The position numbers and the translations under genes are program-made. Shown here piece after piece: positions 24,957 to 35,676 of a stretch of DNA of 64,000 nt. The stretch is taken from positions 11,544 to 75,543 of the forward strand of contig DASZQJ010000166.1 of NCBI GenBank assembly GCA_035549715.1, read 5' to 3'. Numbering within the stretch: the stretch's first letter is position 1; each line of letters starts with the position of its first letter. Under the pieces are notes generated by a model. The model did no database searches, was not told where the DNA came from, and was given only the letters and a program-made list of their open reading frames with translations. This DNA comes from Burkholderiales bacterium (GTDB lineage: Bacteria > Pseudomonadota > Gammaproteobacteria > Burkholderiales > JACQAP01).

Positions 24957-27900
24957 TCAGCCGGCCCAGCGGCGCGCGTTGCGAAACATGCGCATCCAGG
25001 GGCTGTCCTCGCCCCATTGCCGCGGATGCCAGGAATTCTGCACGGTACGGAATGCCCGCTCGGGATGCGGCATCAGCACGGTGAACCGGCCGTCCGCCGT
25101 GGTCAGCCCGGTGATGCCTTCCGGCGATCCGTTCGGGTTCAGCGGATAGGTTTCGGTGCGCCCGCCCCGGTTGTCGACAAAGCGCACCGCCACCAGCTTG
25201 CGGGCACCGGCAAGCTGCGCCGGGGAGGAAAATTCGGCATAGCCCTCGCCGTGGGCCACGGCGATCGGCATGCGGCTGCCTTCCATGCCCGCGAAGAACA
25301 GCGACGGACTCTTTTGCACTTCCACCATCGCCACCCGCGCCTCGAACTGCTCGGAGCGGTTGCGCACGAAATGCGGCCAGTGCGCGGTGCCGGGGATGAT
25401 CTCGTGCAGGTTGCTCATCATCTGGCAGCCGTTGCACACGCCCAGCGCGAAGGAATCTCCGCGCTGGAAGAAGGCCTCGAATTCATCGCGAGCCCGGGCG
25501 TTGAAGAGGATGGACTTGGCCCAGCCCTCGCCTGCGCCCAGCACGTCGCCATAGGAGAAGCCGCCGCAAGCCACGAAGCCTCGAAATGCCTCCAACGTGA
25601 TGCGTCCGCAGATGACGTCGCTCATGTGCACGTCGATTGCATCGAAGCCTGCGCGATCGAAAGCGGCCGCCATCTCCACCTGGCCGTTGACGCCCTGCTC
25701 GCGCAGGATTGCGACTTTCGGACGCACCCCGCTGGCGATGAAAGGCGCCGCGACGTCCTCGGCCGGATCGAAGCCGAGTTTCGCGTGCAGACCGGGATCG
25801 GCGGCATCGAGGAGGCGGTCGTACTCCTGCTGCGCGCACGCCGGGTTGTCGCGCAGCTTCTGCATCTGGTAGGTGGTCTCCGACCAGGCACGCTGCAGCG
25901 CGATGCCCGAAGCCGCGTAAAGCGTCTTGCCGCCGGTCTTCACGATGAGCCGGCCGTCGCGGTTGACGCTCCCCAGGTCGTGGCATTCGGCGCCCAGCCC
26001 GGCGTCGGTGAACGCGCGGCGGACCTCGCGCAGGTCCGCCGCGCGCACCTGCAGGACCGCGCCCAGTTCCTCGTTGAAAAGCACGCCCAGGACGTCGCCG
26101 GGACTGCCGATGTCCACGGTTACGCCGACGTGGCCGGCGAACATCATCTCGGCCAGCGTCACGAACAGGCCGCCATCGGACCGGTCGTGGTAGGCCAGGA
26201 TCCTGCCGTCCTCATTGAGCCGTTGCACCGTCTCGAACAAGGCCTTGAGCTTCGCGGCCGAGTCGACGTCCGGGGCCTCGTTGCCGCTCTGTCCGTAGAC
26301 CTGCGCCAGCACCGAGCCGCCGAGGCGGTTGCGCCCCGATCCCAGGTCGATGAGGACCAGCCGGGTCGCCACGTCCGCCGCCAGTTGCGGCGTGAGCGTC
26401 TTGCGCACGTCCGGGCAGGGGGCGAAGGCCGAGACGATCAGGGACAGGGGGGCGACGACCTCCTTCTTGCGGCCTCCCTCCTCCCACCCGGTGCGCATCG
26501 ACATGGAGTCCTTGCCCACCGGGATGCTGATGCCCAGCGCCGGGCAAAGCTCCATTGCGACCGCCCGGACGGTGTCGAACAGGATCGCGTCCTCGCCCGG
26601 GTAGCCGGCGGGCGCCATCCAGTTCGCGGAAAGCTTGATGTCGCCGATCCTCCCGATGCGCGCGGCCGCCATGTTGGTTATCGCCTCCCCCACGGCCATG
26701 CGGCCCGAGGCCGGTCCGTTGATGACCGCTAGCGGCGTGCGCTCGCCCATGGAGAACGCCTCCCCACGGTCGCTGCGGAAGCCCATCAGCGTCACCGCCA
26801 CGTCCGCCACCGGCACCTGCCACGGCCCGACGAACGGATCGCGGGAGCACAGGCCGCCGACGGTGCGGTCGCCGATCGAAATCAGGAAGGTCTTGTTCGC
26901 CACGGCGGGAAACCGAAGCACCCGCATGGCGGCCTCCTCGAGGGTCGCACGCCCGAGGTCGAGCGCCGGGAGCCGGCGTGCCCGGTGCTTCACGTCCCGC
27001 GTCATCTTCGGGGGCTTGCCGAGCAGCACGCCCAGGTCCATGTCCACCGGCGCATTGCCGAACAGCGGGTCCTCGACCTTGAGCCAGGCCTCTTCCGTCG
27101 CCACGCCGACCACCGCGAAGGGGCAGCGCTCGCGCTCGCACAGCGCCTTGAACGCCTCGAAGCGGTCCGCCGCGACTGCCATGACGTAGCGCTCCTGGGA
27201 TTCATTGCACCAGATCTGCGCCGGGGTCATCCCGGATTCCTCGGACGGGATGGCGCGCAGGTCGATGCGGCCGCCGCGTTCCGCGCCGTGCACCAGTTCC
27301 GGCAGCGCGTTGGACAGCCCGCCCGCACCCACGTCATGGATGGAAAGGATCGGGTTGCGTCCGCCCAGCGCCCAGCAGCGATCGATGACCTCCTGCGCCC
27401 GGCGCTGGATCTCCGCGTTGCCGCGCTGGACGGAATCGAAATCGAGGTCGGCCAGGTTCGAGCCGGTGTTCATGCTCGACGCTGCGCCCCCGCCCATGCC
27501 GATCAGCATGCCGGGACCGCCCAGTTGGACCAGGAGCGAACCCGCCGGCACCGCCTGCTTGAACGACTGGCCGGCCGCGATGGCGCCCACGCCGCCCGCC
27601 AGCATGATGGGCTTGTGGTAGCCGCGCATCTCGCCGTCGACCTGCTGCTCGTAGGTGCGGAAGTAGCCGAACAGGTTGGGCCGGCCGAACTCGTTGTTGA
27701 ACGACGCGCCGCCAATCGGGCCTTCCAGCATGATCGACAGTGCCGAGGCGATCCGTTCGGGCTTGCCGATGCCGCCCCGTTCCCAGGGCTGCTCGAAACC
27801 AGGGATGCGCAGGTGGGAAACCGAGAAGCCGGTGAGGCCCGCCTTGGGCTTGGCGCCGCGGCCCGTCGCGCCTTCGTCGCGAATCTCCCCGCCGGAGCCC

Positions 27901-28844
27901 GTCGCCGCGCCCGGGAACGGCGAGATCGCCGTAGGGTGGTTGTGGGTCTCCACCTTCATCAGGGTGTGCGTCAGTTCCTCGCTGTAACGATAGCGCCCGT
28001 CGGCATCGGGATAGAAGCGGTCGACCGTCGCGCCCTCCATGATGGCCGCATTGTCGGAATACGCCACGACCGTGCCCTGCGGATGGGACGCATGGGTATG
28101 GCGCACCATGCCGAACAGGGACTTGTCCTGGCGCCGGCCATCGATGATCCAGTCGGCGTTGAAGATCTTGTGCCGGCAATGCTCGGAATTCGCCTGCGCG
28201 AACATCGTGAGCTCGACGTCGGTCGGATTGCGCCCCATGCGGCCGAAGTTTTCCACCAGGTAGTCGATCTCGTCCTCGGACAGGGCCAGCCCCAGGTCGC
28301 GGTTGGCCCGTTCCAGCGCCGCGCGCCCCCCGCCCAGCACGTCGATGCTGGACAACGGGCCCGGCTCGACGTGGTGGAACAACTGTCCCGCCGCCTCCAG
28401 CGAATCGAGCACGGCCTCCGTCATGCGATCGTGGATGAGGGGCAGCAGCGCCGCGCGGTCCCGGGACGCCAGCGCCTTCGTGCCCTTGCGCGGCACGACG
28501 TGGTACGCGACGCCGCGCTCGATGCGCTCGACGGCATCCAGCCCGCAGGAGTGCGCGATGTCGGTCGCCTTCGACGACCACGGGGAGATGGTCCCGATGC
28601 GGGGAACGACCAGGAGGAGCTCGCCGCCTTCCTCCACGGGCCGGGACGCCGGGCCGTAGACGAGCAGTTTCTCGAGGACGCCGCGTTCCTGCCCGGAGAG
28701 CGGCCGGCGCAGCGCGATGAAATGCCAGTAATCCGCGGATATGGCGGCGACGGCGGGCGTGGTCTCGTGGAGGGTTTGGGACAGCTTCCGGAGCCGGAAG
28801 TCGGACAGGGCGTTGCGGCCGCGCAGCGTCAGGAGGTCGGGCAT
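24957..28844 (-). CDS. purL: phosphoribosylformylglycinamidine synthase (single-chain)
   Basis: 1295-aa ORF with an N-terminal PurS-like part, AIR-synthase-like repeats and a C-terminal glutamine amidotransferase ([12 protein letters not shown]). Confidence 0.97.
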   Translation of the reverse strand: MPDLLTLRGRNALSDFRLRKLSQTLHETTPAVAAISADYWHFIALRRPLSGQERGVLEKLLVYGPASRPVEEGGELLLVVPRIGTISPWSSKATDIAHSCGLDAVERIERGVAYHVVPRKGTKALASRDRAALLPLIHDRMTEAVLDSLEAAGQLFHHVEPGPLSSIDVLGGGRAALERANRDLGLALSEDEIDYLVENFGRMGRNPTDVELTMFAQANSEHCRHKIFNADWIIDGRRQDKSLFGMVRHTHASHPQGTVVAYSDNAAIMEGATVDRFYPDADGRYRYSEELTHTLMKVETHNHPTAISPFPGAATGSGGEIRDEGATGRGAKPKAGLTGFSVSHLRIPGFEQPWERGGIGKPERIASALSIMLEGPIGGASFNNEFGRPNLFGYFRTYEQQVDGEMRGYHKPIMLAGGVGAIAAGQSFKQAVPAGSLLVQLGGPGMLIGMGGGAASSMNTGSNLADLDFDSVQRGNAEIQRRAQEVIDRCWALGGRNPILSIHDVGAGGLSNALPELVHGAERGGRIDLRAIPSEESGMTPAQIWCNESQERYVMAVAADRFEAFKALCERERCPFAVVGVATEEAWLKVEDPLFGNAPVDMDLGVLLGKPPKMTRDVKHRARRLPALDLGRATLEEAAMRVLRFPAVANKTFLISIGDRTVGGLCSRDPFVGPWQVPVADVAVTLMGFRSDRGEAFSMGERTPLAVINGPASGRMAVGEAITNMAAARIGRIGDIKLSANWMAPAGYPGEDAILFDTVRAVAMELCPALGISIPVGKDSMSMRTGWEEGGRKKEVVAPLSLIVSAFAPCPDVRKTLTPQLAADVATRLVLIDLGSGRNRLGGSVLAQVYGQSGNEAPDVDSAAKLKALFETVQRLNEDGRILAYHDRSDGGLFVTLAEMMFAGHVGVTVDIGSPGDVLGVLFNEELGAVLQVRAADLREVRRAFTDAGLGAECHDLGSVNRDGRLIVKTGGKTLYAASGIALQRAWSETTYQMQKLRDNPACAQQEYDRLLDAADPGLHAKLGFDPAEDVAAPFIASGVRPKVAILREQGVNGQVEMAAAFDRAGFDAIDVHMSDVICGRITLEAFRGFVACGGFSYGDVLGAGEGWAKSILFNARARDEFEAFFQRGDSFALGVCNGCQMMSNLHEIIPGTAHWPHFVRNRSEQFEARVAMVEVQKSPSLFFAGMEGSRMPIAVAHGEGYAEFSSPAQLAGARKLVAVRFVDNRGGRTETYPLNPNGSPEGITGLTTADGRFTVLMPHPERAFRTVQNSWHPRQWGEDSPWMRMFRNARRWAG

Positions 28845-28941
28845 TTCGCCGGGTTTGCAGGTTTCGAAGCGAAATTATAACCGACCCCGCCGGACGCCTG
28901 GCAGGCCGGTTCCGGCTCGGGAAAGCTGGCACTTGTTGATT

Positions 28942-28965
28942 CGTTATATCCAGTTGTATATTTCG
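28942..28965. promoter_or_regulatory. ModE-type operator (Mo-box) A
   Basis: CGTTATAT-ccagttgt-ATATTTCG matches 15/16 positions of CGnTATAT-N8-ATATAnCG. It overlaps a promoter-like TTGTTG(28933)/TATATT(28957) pair upstream of the TonB-dependent receptor gene. Confidence 0.6.
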
Positions 28966-28971
28966 ATATGT

Positions 28972-28995
28972 CGTTATGCATATCACGATACAACG
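28972..28995. promoter_or_regulatory. ModE-type operator (Mo-box) B, degenerate
   Basis: CGTTATGC-atatcacg-ATACAACG matches 13/16 positions. It lies 26 nt upstream of ATG 29021. Its right arm is identical to that of the box in front of modB. Confidence 0.4.
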
Positions 28996-29020
28996 AAGTT
29001 TCCAAGGGGGACCATTACAA

Positions 29021-31042
29021 ATGATTACCAGAACCCTGGCCTGTCTGGCCCTGGCAGCCGCAACCGGAACCGGCACGGCTGCCGCCGATTCCAACGTGTT
29101 CACCCTCGGCGACATCGAGGTCACGGCCAAGCGCATCAAGGAGGAAGGCACCGGCGTCCAGACCGTCACGCAGGAGAACATCGAGGACCACAATCGGGAA
29201 ACGGTCAGCCGCGCCCTCACCATGGAGTCCGGGGTAACCATCGCCAACGTCGGCCCGCGCAACGAATCCACCGTCTACGTGCGTGGCTACGACCTGAGGC
29301 AGGTCCCCGTCTACGTCGACGGCATCCCGATCTACGTCCCCTACGATGGTTATGTGGACCTCGGTCGATTCAATACCTTCGACCTGTCTCAGATCGAGAT
29401 CTCCAAGGGCTTTACCTCCGTACTGAACGGGCCCAACGCTTTCGGCGGCGCAATCAACCTCCTCTCCCGCCGGCCCTCGAAAGCCTTCGAAGGCGACGTC
29501 GGCGCGGGCGTCTTCATGAACGATGACTTCGGAGACAACGGCTACCGGGCGTATGCCAACCTGGGCACCAACCAGGGTGGCTGGTATGCCCAGATCGGTG
29601 CCTCCTACCTCGACAAGCGCCAGTATTCGCTCTCCGACGAGTTCGAAGGTGCGTCCTTCATTCCCGGCGGCGCGGGTCGCGCCGCCCAACCGCCGGGCGA
29701 ACGCCTCAACAGCTATAACTCGGACCAAAAGGTCAATGTCAAGCTCGGCCTCACGCCGAATGCCACGGACGAATACGCGCTCAACCTGATCGCCCAGCGG
29801 GGAGAGAAGGGCGTTCCCTCCTATGCCGGCAACTTCAATGCCTCGGGGCCGACAGGGCCGCGCTATTGGCAGTGGCCCTATTGGGACAAGACCAGCGCCT
29901 ATTTCCTGTCCCAGACGGCGATCGGTGACGTGTCCTACGTCAAGACCCGGGTCTACTACGACCAGTTTGAAAACTCCCTCAACCAGTACACCGACGCCAC
30001 TTATGCCACGTTGCGTACCGGCGGCAGCAGGCCCAGTTTCTACGACGACTACACGTACGGGGCGAGCATCGAAGCAGGGACCCGGTTCATCCCCACGAAC
30101 GAGTTCAAGGTCGCGGCGCATTACAAGGACGACGTGCATCGTGAGCACTTGGAGAACGGTCCGACCCAGAATTTCGAGGACCAGATCTACTCGATCGGCA
30201 TCGAGGACAGCCAGCGCTTCGGCGAGCGCCTCACAATCGTGGCCGGGGCGAGCTACGACGCCTCGGAAACCAGGGAGGCCCAGAACCTCGTTGGCGGCAA
30301 TCTGGTGCCCTTTGAGATGGGCAGCTCCGATGCCTTCAATCCCCAGATCGGGGCGTTCTACAAAACCGGTGATACAGGCATCGCACGCGTCACGGTCAGC
30401 CGGAAATCGCGCTTCCCCACCATCAAGGATCGCTACTCCTACCGCCTGGGAACGGCGTTGCCGAATCCGGACCTGGAACCCGAACGCGTCACCCATTACG
30501 AAGTGGGCTACGCCGATTCCGGGCGCGAGCACGCGAGCTACAACGTGTCGGCATTCCATGACGAGATCCGTGACCTGATCCAGCTCGTGGACAATGCGAT
30601 TTCCCCGGGAGTCGGCCAGAACCGCAACATCGGCAAGGCCCGATATCGCGGTTTCGAGCTGGGCGGGGCAGTCTATCCAACGAGCAACGTCGAGCTTGGC
30701 GGCAGCTACACCTACCTCGACCGCGACAACATTTCGACGCCGAACATCCGGCTCACTGATGTGCCCATGCACAAGGTGTTCGCCTATGCGCAGTGGCGTT
30801 TCCTCGAGAAGTTCCGCTTCATCGGGTCCGGGGAGTACAACTCCGACCGCTACAGCTCGACCAACGGCCAGCGCATCGCCAGCGAGTTTGGCGTGTTCAA
30901 TGCCAAGCTCGCCTGGGATGTCGAGGCGGCGTTCACGGTCGAGTTCGGCGTGAACAACCTGCTCGACCGCAACTACGAGTACATCGAGGGCTTTCCCGAG
31001 GAAGGCCGCAATTACTTCGCCAACATGCTTTACAAGTTCTAG
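29021..31042 (+). CDS. TonB-dependent outer-membrane receptor
   Basis: ORF 28976..31042. I prefer ATG 29021 (MITRTLACLALAAATGTGTAAA signal peptide, GGGGGA RBS). Plug-domain sequences are present (VTAKR...TVSRAL...VYVRGYDLRQVPVYVDGIPIY), along with a long beta-barrel and a C-terminal ...NMLYKF. Confidence 0.9.
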   Translation: MITRTLACLALAAATGTGTAAADSNVFTLGDIEVTAKRIKEEGTGVQTVTQENIEDHNRETVSRALTMESGVTIANVGPRNESTVYVRGYDLRQVPVYVDGIPIYVPYDGYVDLGRFNTFDLSQIEISKGFTSVLNGPNAFGGAINLLSRRPSKAFEGDVGAGVFMNDDFGDNGYRAYANLGTNQGGWYAQIGASYLDKRQYSLSDEFEGASFIPGGAGRAAQPPGERLNSYNSDQKVNVKLGLTPNATDEYALNLIAQRGEKGVPSYAGNFNASGPTGPRYWQWPYWDKTSAYFLSQTAIGDVSYVKTRVYYDQFENSLNQYTDATYATLRTGGSRPSFYDDYTYGASIEAGTRFIPTNEFKVAAHYKDDVHREHLENGPTQNFEDQIYSIGIEDSQRFGERLTIVAGASYDASETREAQNLVGGNLVPFEMGSSDAFNPQIGAFYKTGDTGIARVTVSRKSRFPTIKDRYSYRLGTALPNPDLEPERVTHYEVGYADSGREHASYNVSAFHDEIRDLIQLVDNAISPGVGQNRNIGKARYRGFELGGAVYPTSNVELGGSYTYLDRDNISTPNIRLTDVPMHKVFAYAQWRFLEKFRFIGSGEYNSDRYSSTNGQRIASEFGVFNAKLAWDVEAAFTVEFGVNNLLDRNYEYIEGFPEEGRNYFANMLYKF

Positions 31043-31051
31043 GAGTCTCCC

Positions 31052-32362
31052 ATGCGCGTTGCCGGACACCTGAAGGCGCTGCTCGCCCTGCTGCTGGCCG
31101 GCGCCGCATCGGCCGGGATGGCGGAGGGCAGGGTCGTCGTCCTCACGAGCTACCCGCAGGAAACCATCTCCCTGTTCGAGGCAGCCTTCGAAAAGGCCAA
31201 TCCCGGCACGCGCCTGGAGATCGTCTGGCGCATGCCTCGGGATGCCATGCCCTATCTGCTCGACGCGGGCAGCCACGGCGTGGATGTCTACTGGTCCGCC
31301 TCGGCCAGGAACTACGCGGAGCTCGCCGCGAAGGACCTGCTCGCCCCGCTTGCCGCCGATCCCGCATTGCCCGAGCGCATCGGCCGCTTCCCGATCTCCG
31401 ATCCGGGGCTGCGCTACCGCGCCTCCGAAATCGCCAGCTACGGCTTCGCCTGCAACGAGTCGAAGCTGCGCGCCGACCGCCTCACCTGCCCGGCGACCTG
31501 GGCCGACCTGGCCAAGCCGGGCTACGCGGGTCGCATCCTGCTCCCGGTGCCTTCCAAGGTGGGCTTTGCCCCGCTGATGTACGAAATCCTGCTGCAGAAG
31601 CTGGGCTGGGAAGCCGGATGGAAGGTCATCGCCGAGGCGGCCGCCAATTCGGTGCTGTTCGTCCCGGGCGGGGCCTTCATCACCGACCGCATCGGCGCCG
31701 GCGAGGAGGATGTGGGCGTGACCATCGACTTTTTCGCCAAGTCGGCCATTGCCAACGGCGCGCCCATGACGTTCGTCTATCCCGACGTAATCGGGTTCTC
31801 GCCGGCGCACGTCGCCATCCTCGCGAGCGCGCCCCATCCCGACGAGGCCCACAGGTACGTCGAGTTCCTGCTGTCCGAGGAAGGCCAGCGCATCCTGGCC
31901 CATCCCGACATCCGCAAGCTGCCGGTCCGGCCGTCCGCTTATGCCGCCGTCGACGCCGGCGGGCTCAATCCCTTCGATCCCGCCCGCAGCGCCGCCTTCG
32001 ACTACGACATGGCCGCGGCCCAGAAGCGCCAGGCGCTGGTCAATGCGCTGTTCGACGCGATGGTGAGCGACAGGCACGCCGGGCTGCGTGAGCTGTCGCA
32101 GGCGATCCAGCAGGCCGAGGCACTGGCACAGCAGCGCGGCGACGCGAACCTGGCGTCCGCCGCGGGCAGGGCGCGATCCGCCATGAGCTGGGTGCCGGTA
32201 TCCGCCATGGAATCCATCGCTCCTGACCTGCAAAAGAACGCGGGCGAACGGGCCGTCGCCTGGGGCCGCGAGATCGATGCCCGACGCGAGGGCGCGCTCG
32301 CGGAACTGCGCCCATTGCTTTCCCGCACCGATCCGCCGGCGCTCGCTCAAGCTCGGCGATGA
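31052..32362 (+). CDS. orphan periplasmic solute-binding protein (Fe3+/thiamine-type PBP fold) with helical C-terminal extension
   Basis: 436-aa ORF with a signal peptide. The N-terminal 320 aa or so resemble AfuA/FbpA-type binding proteins (VVVLTSYPQETISLFEAAFEKANPGTRLEIV...VDVYWSAS). The last 110 aa or so are Ala/Arg-rich and helical. The gene starts 9 nt after the receptor stop with an AGGAG RBS. No permease or ATPase genes are nearby. Confidence 0.75.
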   Translation: MRVAGHLKALLALLLAGAASAGMAEGRVVVLTSYPQETISLFEAAFEKANPGTRLEIVWRMPRDAMPYLLDAGSHGVDVYWSASARNYAELAAKDLLAPLAADPALPERIGRFPISDPGLRYRASEIASYGFACNESKLRADRLTCPATWADLAKPGYAGRILLPVPSKVGFAPLMYEILLQKLGWEAGWKVIAEAAANSVLFVPGGAFITDRIGAGEEDVGVTIDFFAKSAIANGAPMTFVYPDVIGFSPAHVAILASAPHPDEAHRYVEFLLSEEGQRILAHPDIRKLPVRPSAYAAVDAGGLNPFDPARSAAFDYDMAAAQKRQALVNALFDAMVSDRHAGLRELSQAIQQAEALAQQRGDANLASAAGRARSAMSWVPVSAMESIAPDLQKNAGERAVAWGREIDARREGALAELRPLLSRTDPPALAQARR

Positions 32363-33723
32363 CATCCCGGGCGCGTGTCGCCCTCGCGGCCCTGTGCGCC
32401 GGCTGGGCCCTGGGGGCGATGGCAGAAGCACCTTCGGCCGCCGGCGGCAGTTCAACCATCCCCGATGCAACCCGCGAAGCTTTCGCCCAACCTTCGCCGG
32501 CCCTGCCGCGGCAACTGCGCGAATCCTTTTTCCTGGGCCGCAGCCTGTTCCGCCAGGTTTGGGTGGTCGCCCCCGCGATGGATCGCGACGTCTCCGGCCT
32601 CGGTCCGATCTTCAACCGGCCTTCCTGCGCGGCGTGCCACCTCAAGAACGGTCGCGGCCGGGCGCCTGACCATCCGGCAGAAAAAATGTCGACCATGCTC
32701 GTGCGCCTGAGCATACCCGGCATCGATGCACACGGCGGTCCGCTCCCCCATCCTGCCTACGGCGACCAGCTCAACGATTCCGCCAATCCCGGCATTGCCG
32801 CGGAAGGCCAGGCCCGGATCACATGGCAGGAACACTTGGAGACCTTGCCCGACGGCGAGCGGGTGTCCTTGCGCCGCCCGCTAGTGCGCTTCAGTGAGCT
32901 CGCCTATGGTCCGCTAGGCGAGGATGTCCTCGTGTCCCCCCGCATCGCGCCACCCGTCTTCGGGCTGGGACTGCTCGAAGCGGTACCGGAGTCGACCCTG
33001 CAAGAACTCGCTGCGCACAGTCAGGCGCTGGGCCTGGGGGGACGCCTCAATCGGGTCTGGGATCCTTCGCGCCGGGCGATGGTCGTCGGGCGATTCGGCT
33101 GGAAGGCGAACAGCGCCAGCCTGTTGACGCAAACTGCTGCGGCATTCCTGGGCGACCTAGGCATTACCTCGTCCCTGTTCCCGGACGAAAACTGCACGAT
33201 GGTGCAAGCCGCCTGCTCGGCGGCACCGTCCGCCGGAGCGCCCGAACTTTCGGATGCCCGGCTTGCCGTGACCATTCTGTACCAGCAATCGATCGCGGTG
33301 CCTGCGCGTCGCGACAGCGGTAACCCAAAGGTGGCGCGCGGAGAAAGGGCGTTCGCATCCGCCGGCTGCGTTGGCTGCCACGTGCCCGAACTGCTTACCG
33401 GCGGGCATCCCCTGCCGTTCCTGTCCGGCCAGCACATCCATCCCTACACCGACCTGCTGCTGCACGACATGGGCGAAGGCCTGGCCGACCATCGACCCGA
33501 TTTCCTCGCGAGCGGACGCGATTGGCGCACGCCGCCGCTGTGGGGCATCGGCCTGGGCGAGCACATCAACGGGCATCGCGCCTTCCTGCACGACGGCCGC
33601 GCCCGCACGTACGCGGAAGCCATCCTCTGGCATGACGGCGATGCCGGGCCTTCGCGCGAGGCCTTTCGTGCGATGGGCAAGGCCGACCGGGACGCGCTGC
33701 TGGAGTTCCTCGATTCGCTCTGA
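32359..33723 (+). CDS. di-haem cytochrome c-type oxidoreductase (DUF1111 family)
   Basis: 454-aa ORF with a signal peptide and two CxxCH haem motifs (CAACH, CVGCH), consistent in size and layout with DUF1111. Its ATG overlaps the stop of the binding-protein gene (ATGA). Confidence 0.75.
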   Translation: MTSRARVALAALCAGWALGAMAEAPSAAGGSSTIPDATREAFAQPSPALPRQLRESFFLGRSLFRQVWVVAPAMDRDVSGLGPIFNRPSCAACHLKNGRGRAPDHPAEKMSTMLVRLSIPGIDAHGGPLPHPAYGDQLNDSANPGIAAEGQARITWQEHLETLPDGERVSLRRPLVRFSELAYGPLGEDVLVSPRIAPPVFGLGLLEAVPESTLQELAAHSQALGLGGRLNRVWDPSRRAMVVGRFGWKANSASLLTQTAAAFLGDLGITSSLFPDENCTMVQAACSAAPSAGAPELSDARLAVTILYQQSIAVPARRDSGNPKVARGERAFASAGCVGCHVPELLTGGHPLPFLSGQHIHPYTDLLLHDMGEGLADHRPDFLASGRDWRTPPLWGIGLGEHINGHRAFLHDGRARTYAEAILWHDGDAGPSREAFRAMGKADRDALLEFLDSL

Positions 33724-33758
33724 AGTCCGGCTTTCCGGCTGGAGTAAACTTCCAGCCC

Positions 33759-35243
33759 ATGATGTCCCCCGCCATTCCCGTCTACACGTCGGACGAGATC
33801 CGCGCGATCGAACGCCAGGTCGCTGCATCGGCCACGCCGCCGCTCATGGAGCGCGCCGGGCTGGCCGTGGCCCGCCTTGCGCAGGAGCTCATCGCCGAAA
33901 AGCAGAAGCGCATCCTGGTCGTTGCAGGCCCGGGCAACAACGGCGGCGACGCCTTCGTCGCCGCCCGCCACCTCAAGCAGTGGTGGTACGACGTGAAGGT
34001 CATCTCCGCCGGCGATGCTGGCGCGCTGCCGGCCGACGCGAAGGCCGCATTCGAGGCATGGCGCCAATCCGGGGGGGAGTCCCTGCAGGACTGGCCCGGA
34101 CACTGGCAGGCCGATCTCGTCCTGGACGGCCTGTTCGGCATGGGATTGCGCCGGCCGCTGGAAGGCACGTACGCCGACCTGGTCGCGAAGATCAATGCTT
34201 CGGGGGCGACGGTGCTCGCCATCGACGTGCCGAGCGGGTTGCACGCCGATACCGGCGCGATCCTCGGGGCCGCGGTCCGGGCGCATCGCACCCTGACGTT
34301 CATCGGCCTCAAGCCCGGCCTGCTCACGCTCGACGGGCCCGATTGCGCCGGCGACGTGCACCTCGATGACCTCGACCTCGATTTTCCGGTGCGCCCCGCG
34401 CCGGGCGGCTGGGTCATCCCCGATACGATCGTCGGTGACGCGCTTGCGCCGCGACGACGCAACAGCCACAAGGGCAGCTTCGGCGCGGTCGGCATCCTGG
34501 GTGGCACCAGGGGCATGGCGGGCGCAGGGCTGCTGGCCGGCCGCGCGGCGCTCAAGCTCGGCGCAGGCAAGGTCTACGTGGGCCTGCTGGCCGACGAACC
34601 TCTCCTCGACACGGTCCAGCCGGAGCTCATGCTGCGCCCCGCGGAGGACATCCTCGCCATGAAGGACCTCGCCTGCGTGGCGTGCGGCCCGGGCCTGGGC
34701 CAGCGGCATTCGGCAAGCCACCTGCTGTCGCGGCTCCTGGGCCATCCCGCGCCCCTGGTGCTCGACGCGGACGCGCTCAACCTGCTCGCCGCCAGCGTCG
34801 AGCTCCAGGACCGGCTGCGCAACCGGGGCATTCCCGTGCTGCTGACGCCGCATCCCGCCGAGGCGGCGCGGCTGCTGGGACGCACCACCTCGGACATCCA
34901 GGCGGATCGCATCGCCGCCGCCCTCGAGGTCGCGGCCCGCTTCCACGCCGCCGTGGTCCTCAAGGGCAACGGCAGCGTCTGCGCATTCGCCGACGGCGAC
35001 TGGTTCATCAATACGAGCGGCAATCCCGGGATGGCCTCCGCGGGCATGGGGGACGTGCTCACCGGGATGCTGGCCGCGCTCGTGGCACAGGGCGCGGCAC
35101 CGAACGTGGCGCTCCTGGCCGGCGTCCACCTGCACGGGGCCGCCGCCGATCGGCTCGTGCAAGCAGGCGTCGGGCCCGTCGGCATGACCGCCTCCGAAGT
35201 GATCGACGCGGCGCGAGCCTGCCTCAACGACGCAACGCGCTGA
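33759..35243 (+). CDS. nnr: bifunctional NAD(P)H-hydrate epimerase / ADP-dependent dehydratase
   Basis: 494-aa ORF. The YjeF_N part carries VVAGPGNNGGDAFVAARHL and the C-terminal kinase-like part carries HKGSFGAVGILGG and GNPGMASAGMGDVLTG. Confidence 0.9.
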   Translation: MMSPAIPVYTSDEIRAIERQVAASATPPLMERAGLAVARLAQELIAEKQKRILVVAGPGNNGGDAFVAARHLKQWWYDVKVISAGDAGALPADAKAAFEAWRQSGGESLQDWPGHWQADLVLDGLFGMGLRRPLEGTYADLVAKINASGATVLAIDVPSGLHADTGAILGAAVRAHRTLTFIGLKPGLLTLDGPDCAGDVHLDDLDLDFPVRPAPGGWVIPDTIVGDALAPRRRNSHKGSFGAVGILGGTRGMAGAGLLAGRAALKLGAGKVYVGLLADEPLLDTVQPELMLRPAEDILAMKDLACVACGPGLGQRHSASHLLSRLLGHPAPLVLDADALNLLAASVELQDRLRNRGIPVLLTPHPAEAARLLGRTTSDIQADRIAAALEVAARFHAAVVLKGNGSVCAFADGDWFINTSGNPGMASAGMGDVLTGMLAALVAQGAAPNVALLAGVHLHGAAADRLVQAGVGPVGMTASEVIDAARACLNDATR

Positions 35244-35247
35244 AGCG

Positions 35248-35631
35248 CTAGCCCGACAGGGCGCGAACCGCCTGGATGCCCGCGACGGTCAGCAGCAGGG
35301 AGCCGGCGAGATGGGTGCTCATGAGCAGCACCGCCCAACCGTATTCCGCCCGCAGCAGCAGGCCCACCGATTCGGCGGAGAACGTGGAGAAGGTGGTCAG
35401 GCCCCCGAGGAAGCCCGTGATGACCAGCAGCCGAAATTCCGGCGGCAGGCCCGTGTGCTGGGAAAAGTACTCGACCGCGGCCCCGACCAGGAAGCCGCCC
35501 AGCAGGTTGGCCGCCAGCGTGCCCAGGGGGAGGTTGGGCACGGTGGCGTTCAGCGCCAACCCCAGCGCCCAGCGCAGCCACGCGCCAAGCGCTGATCCGA
35601 TGCCTACCGCAGCGAACGCGTAAGCGCCCAT
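35248..35631 (-). CDS. crcB: fluoride ion channel CrcB/FluC
   Basis: ORF 35248..35643. ATG 35631 is preceded by GGAG. The translation reads MGAYAFAAVGIGSALGAWLRW...GFLGGLTTFSTFS, the CrcB signature, with four TM helices. Confidence 0.85.
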   Translation of the reverse strand: MGAYAFAAVGIGSALGAWLRWALGLALNATVPNLPLGTLAANLLGGFLVGAAVEYFSQHTGLPPEFRLLVITGFLGGLTTFSTFSAESVGLLLRAEYGWAVLLMSTHLAGSLLLTVAGIQAVRALSG

Positions 35632-35676
35632 GTCCGGCTCCACGAAGTCATGAAGCCGGACATGGTAGCCGAAGGC

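Noticed and set aside
29015-32470. Very long ORFs antisense to clear genes. Examples are the 1151-aa ORF at 29015..32470(-), 3344..5677(+), 17537..20212(-), 36009..39209(+), 33444..35162(-), 25270..26732-type frames and 61167..63584(+).
   Set aside because: They are shadow ORFs typical of high-GC DNA. Their translations are Arg/Ala/Gly/Pro-rich low-complexity sequence with no recognisable motifs. The opposite strand encodes unmistakable proteins (TBDR/PBP, sucA, acnA, RND pump, nnr, purL, eno/kdsA).
35632-35676. A fluoride riboswitch upstream of crcB.
   Set aside because: Only about 45 nt separate crcB from the preceding lipoprotein gene. No crcB-motif-like sequence is present there or in the 39.3-kb control region.
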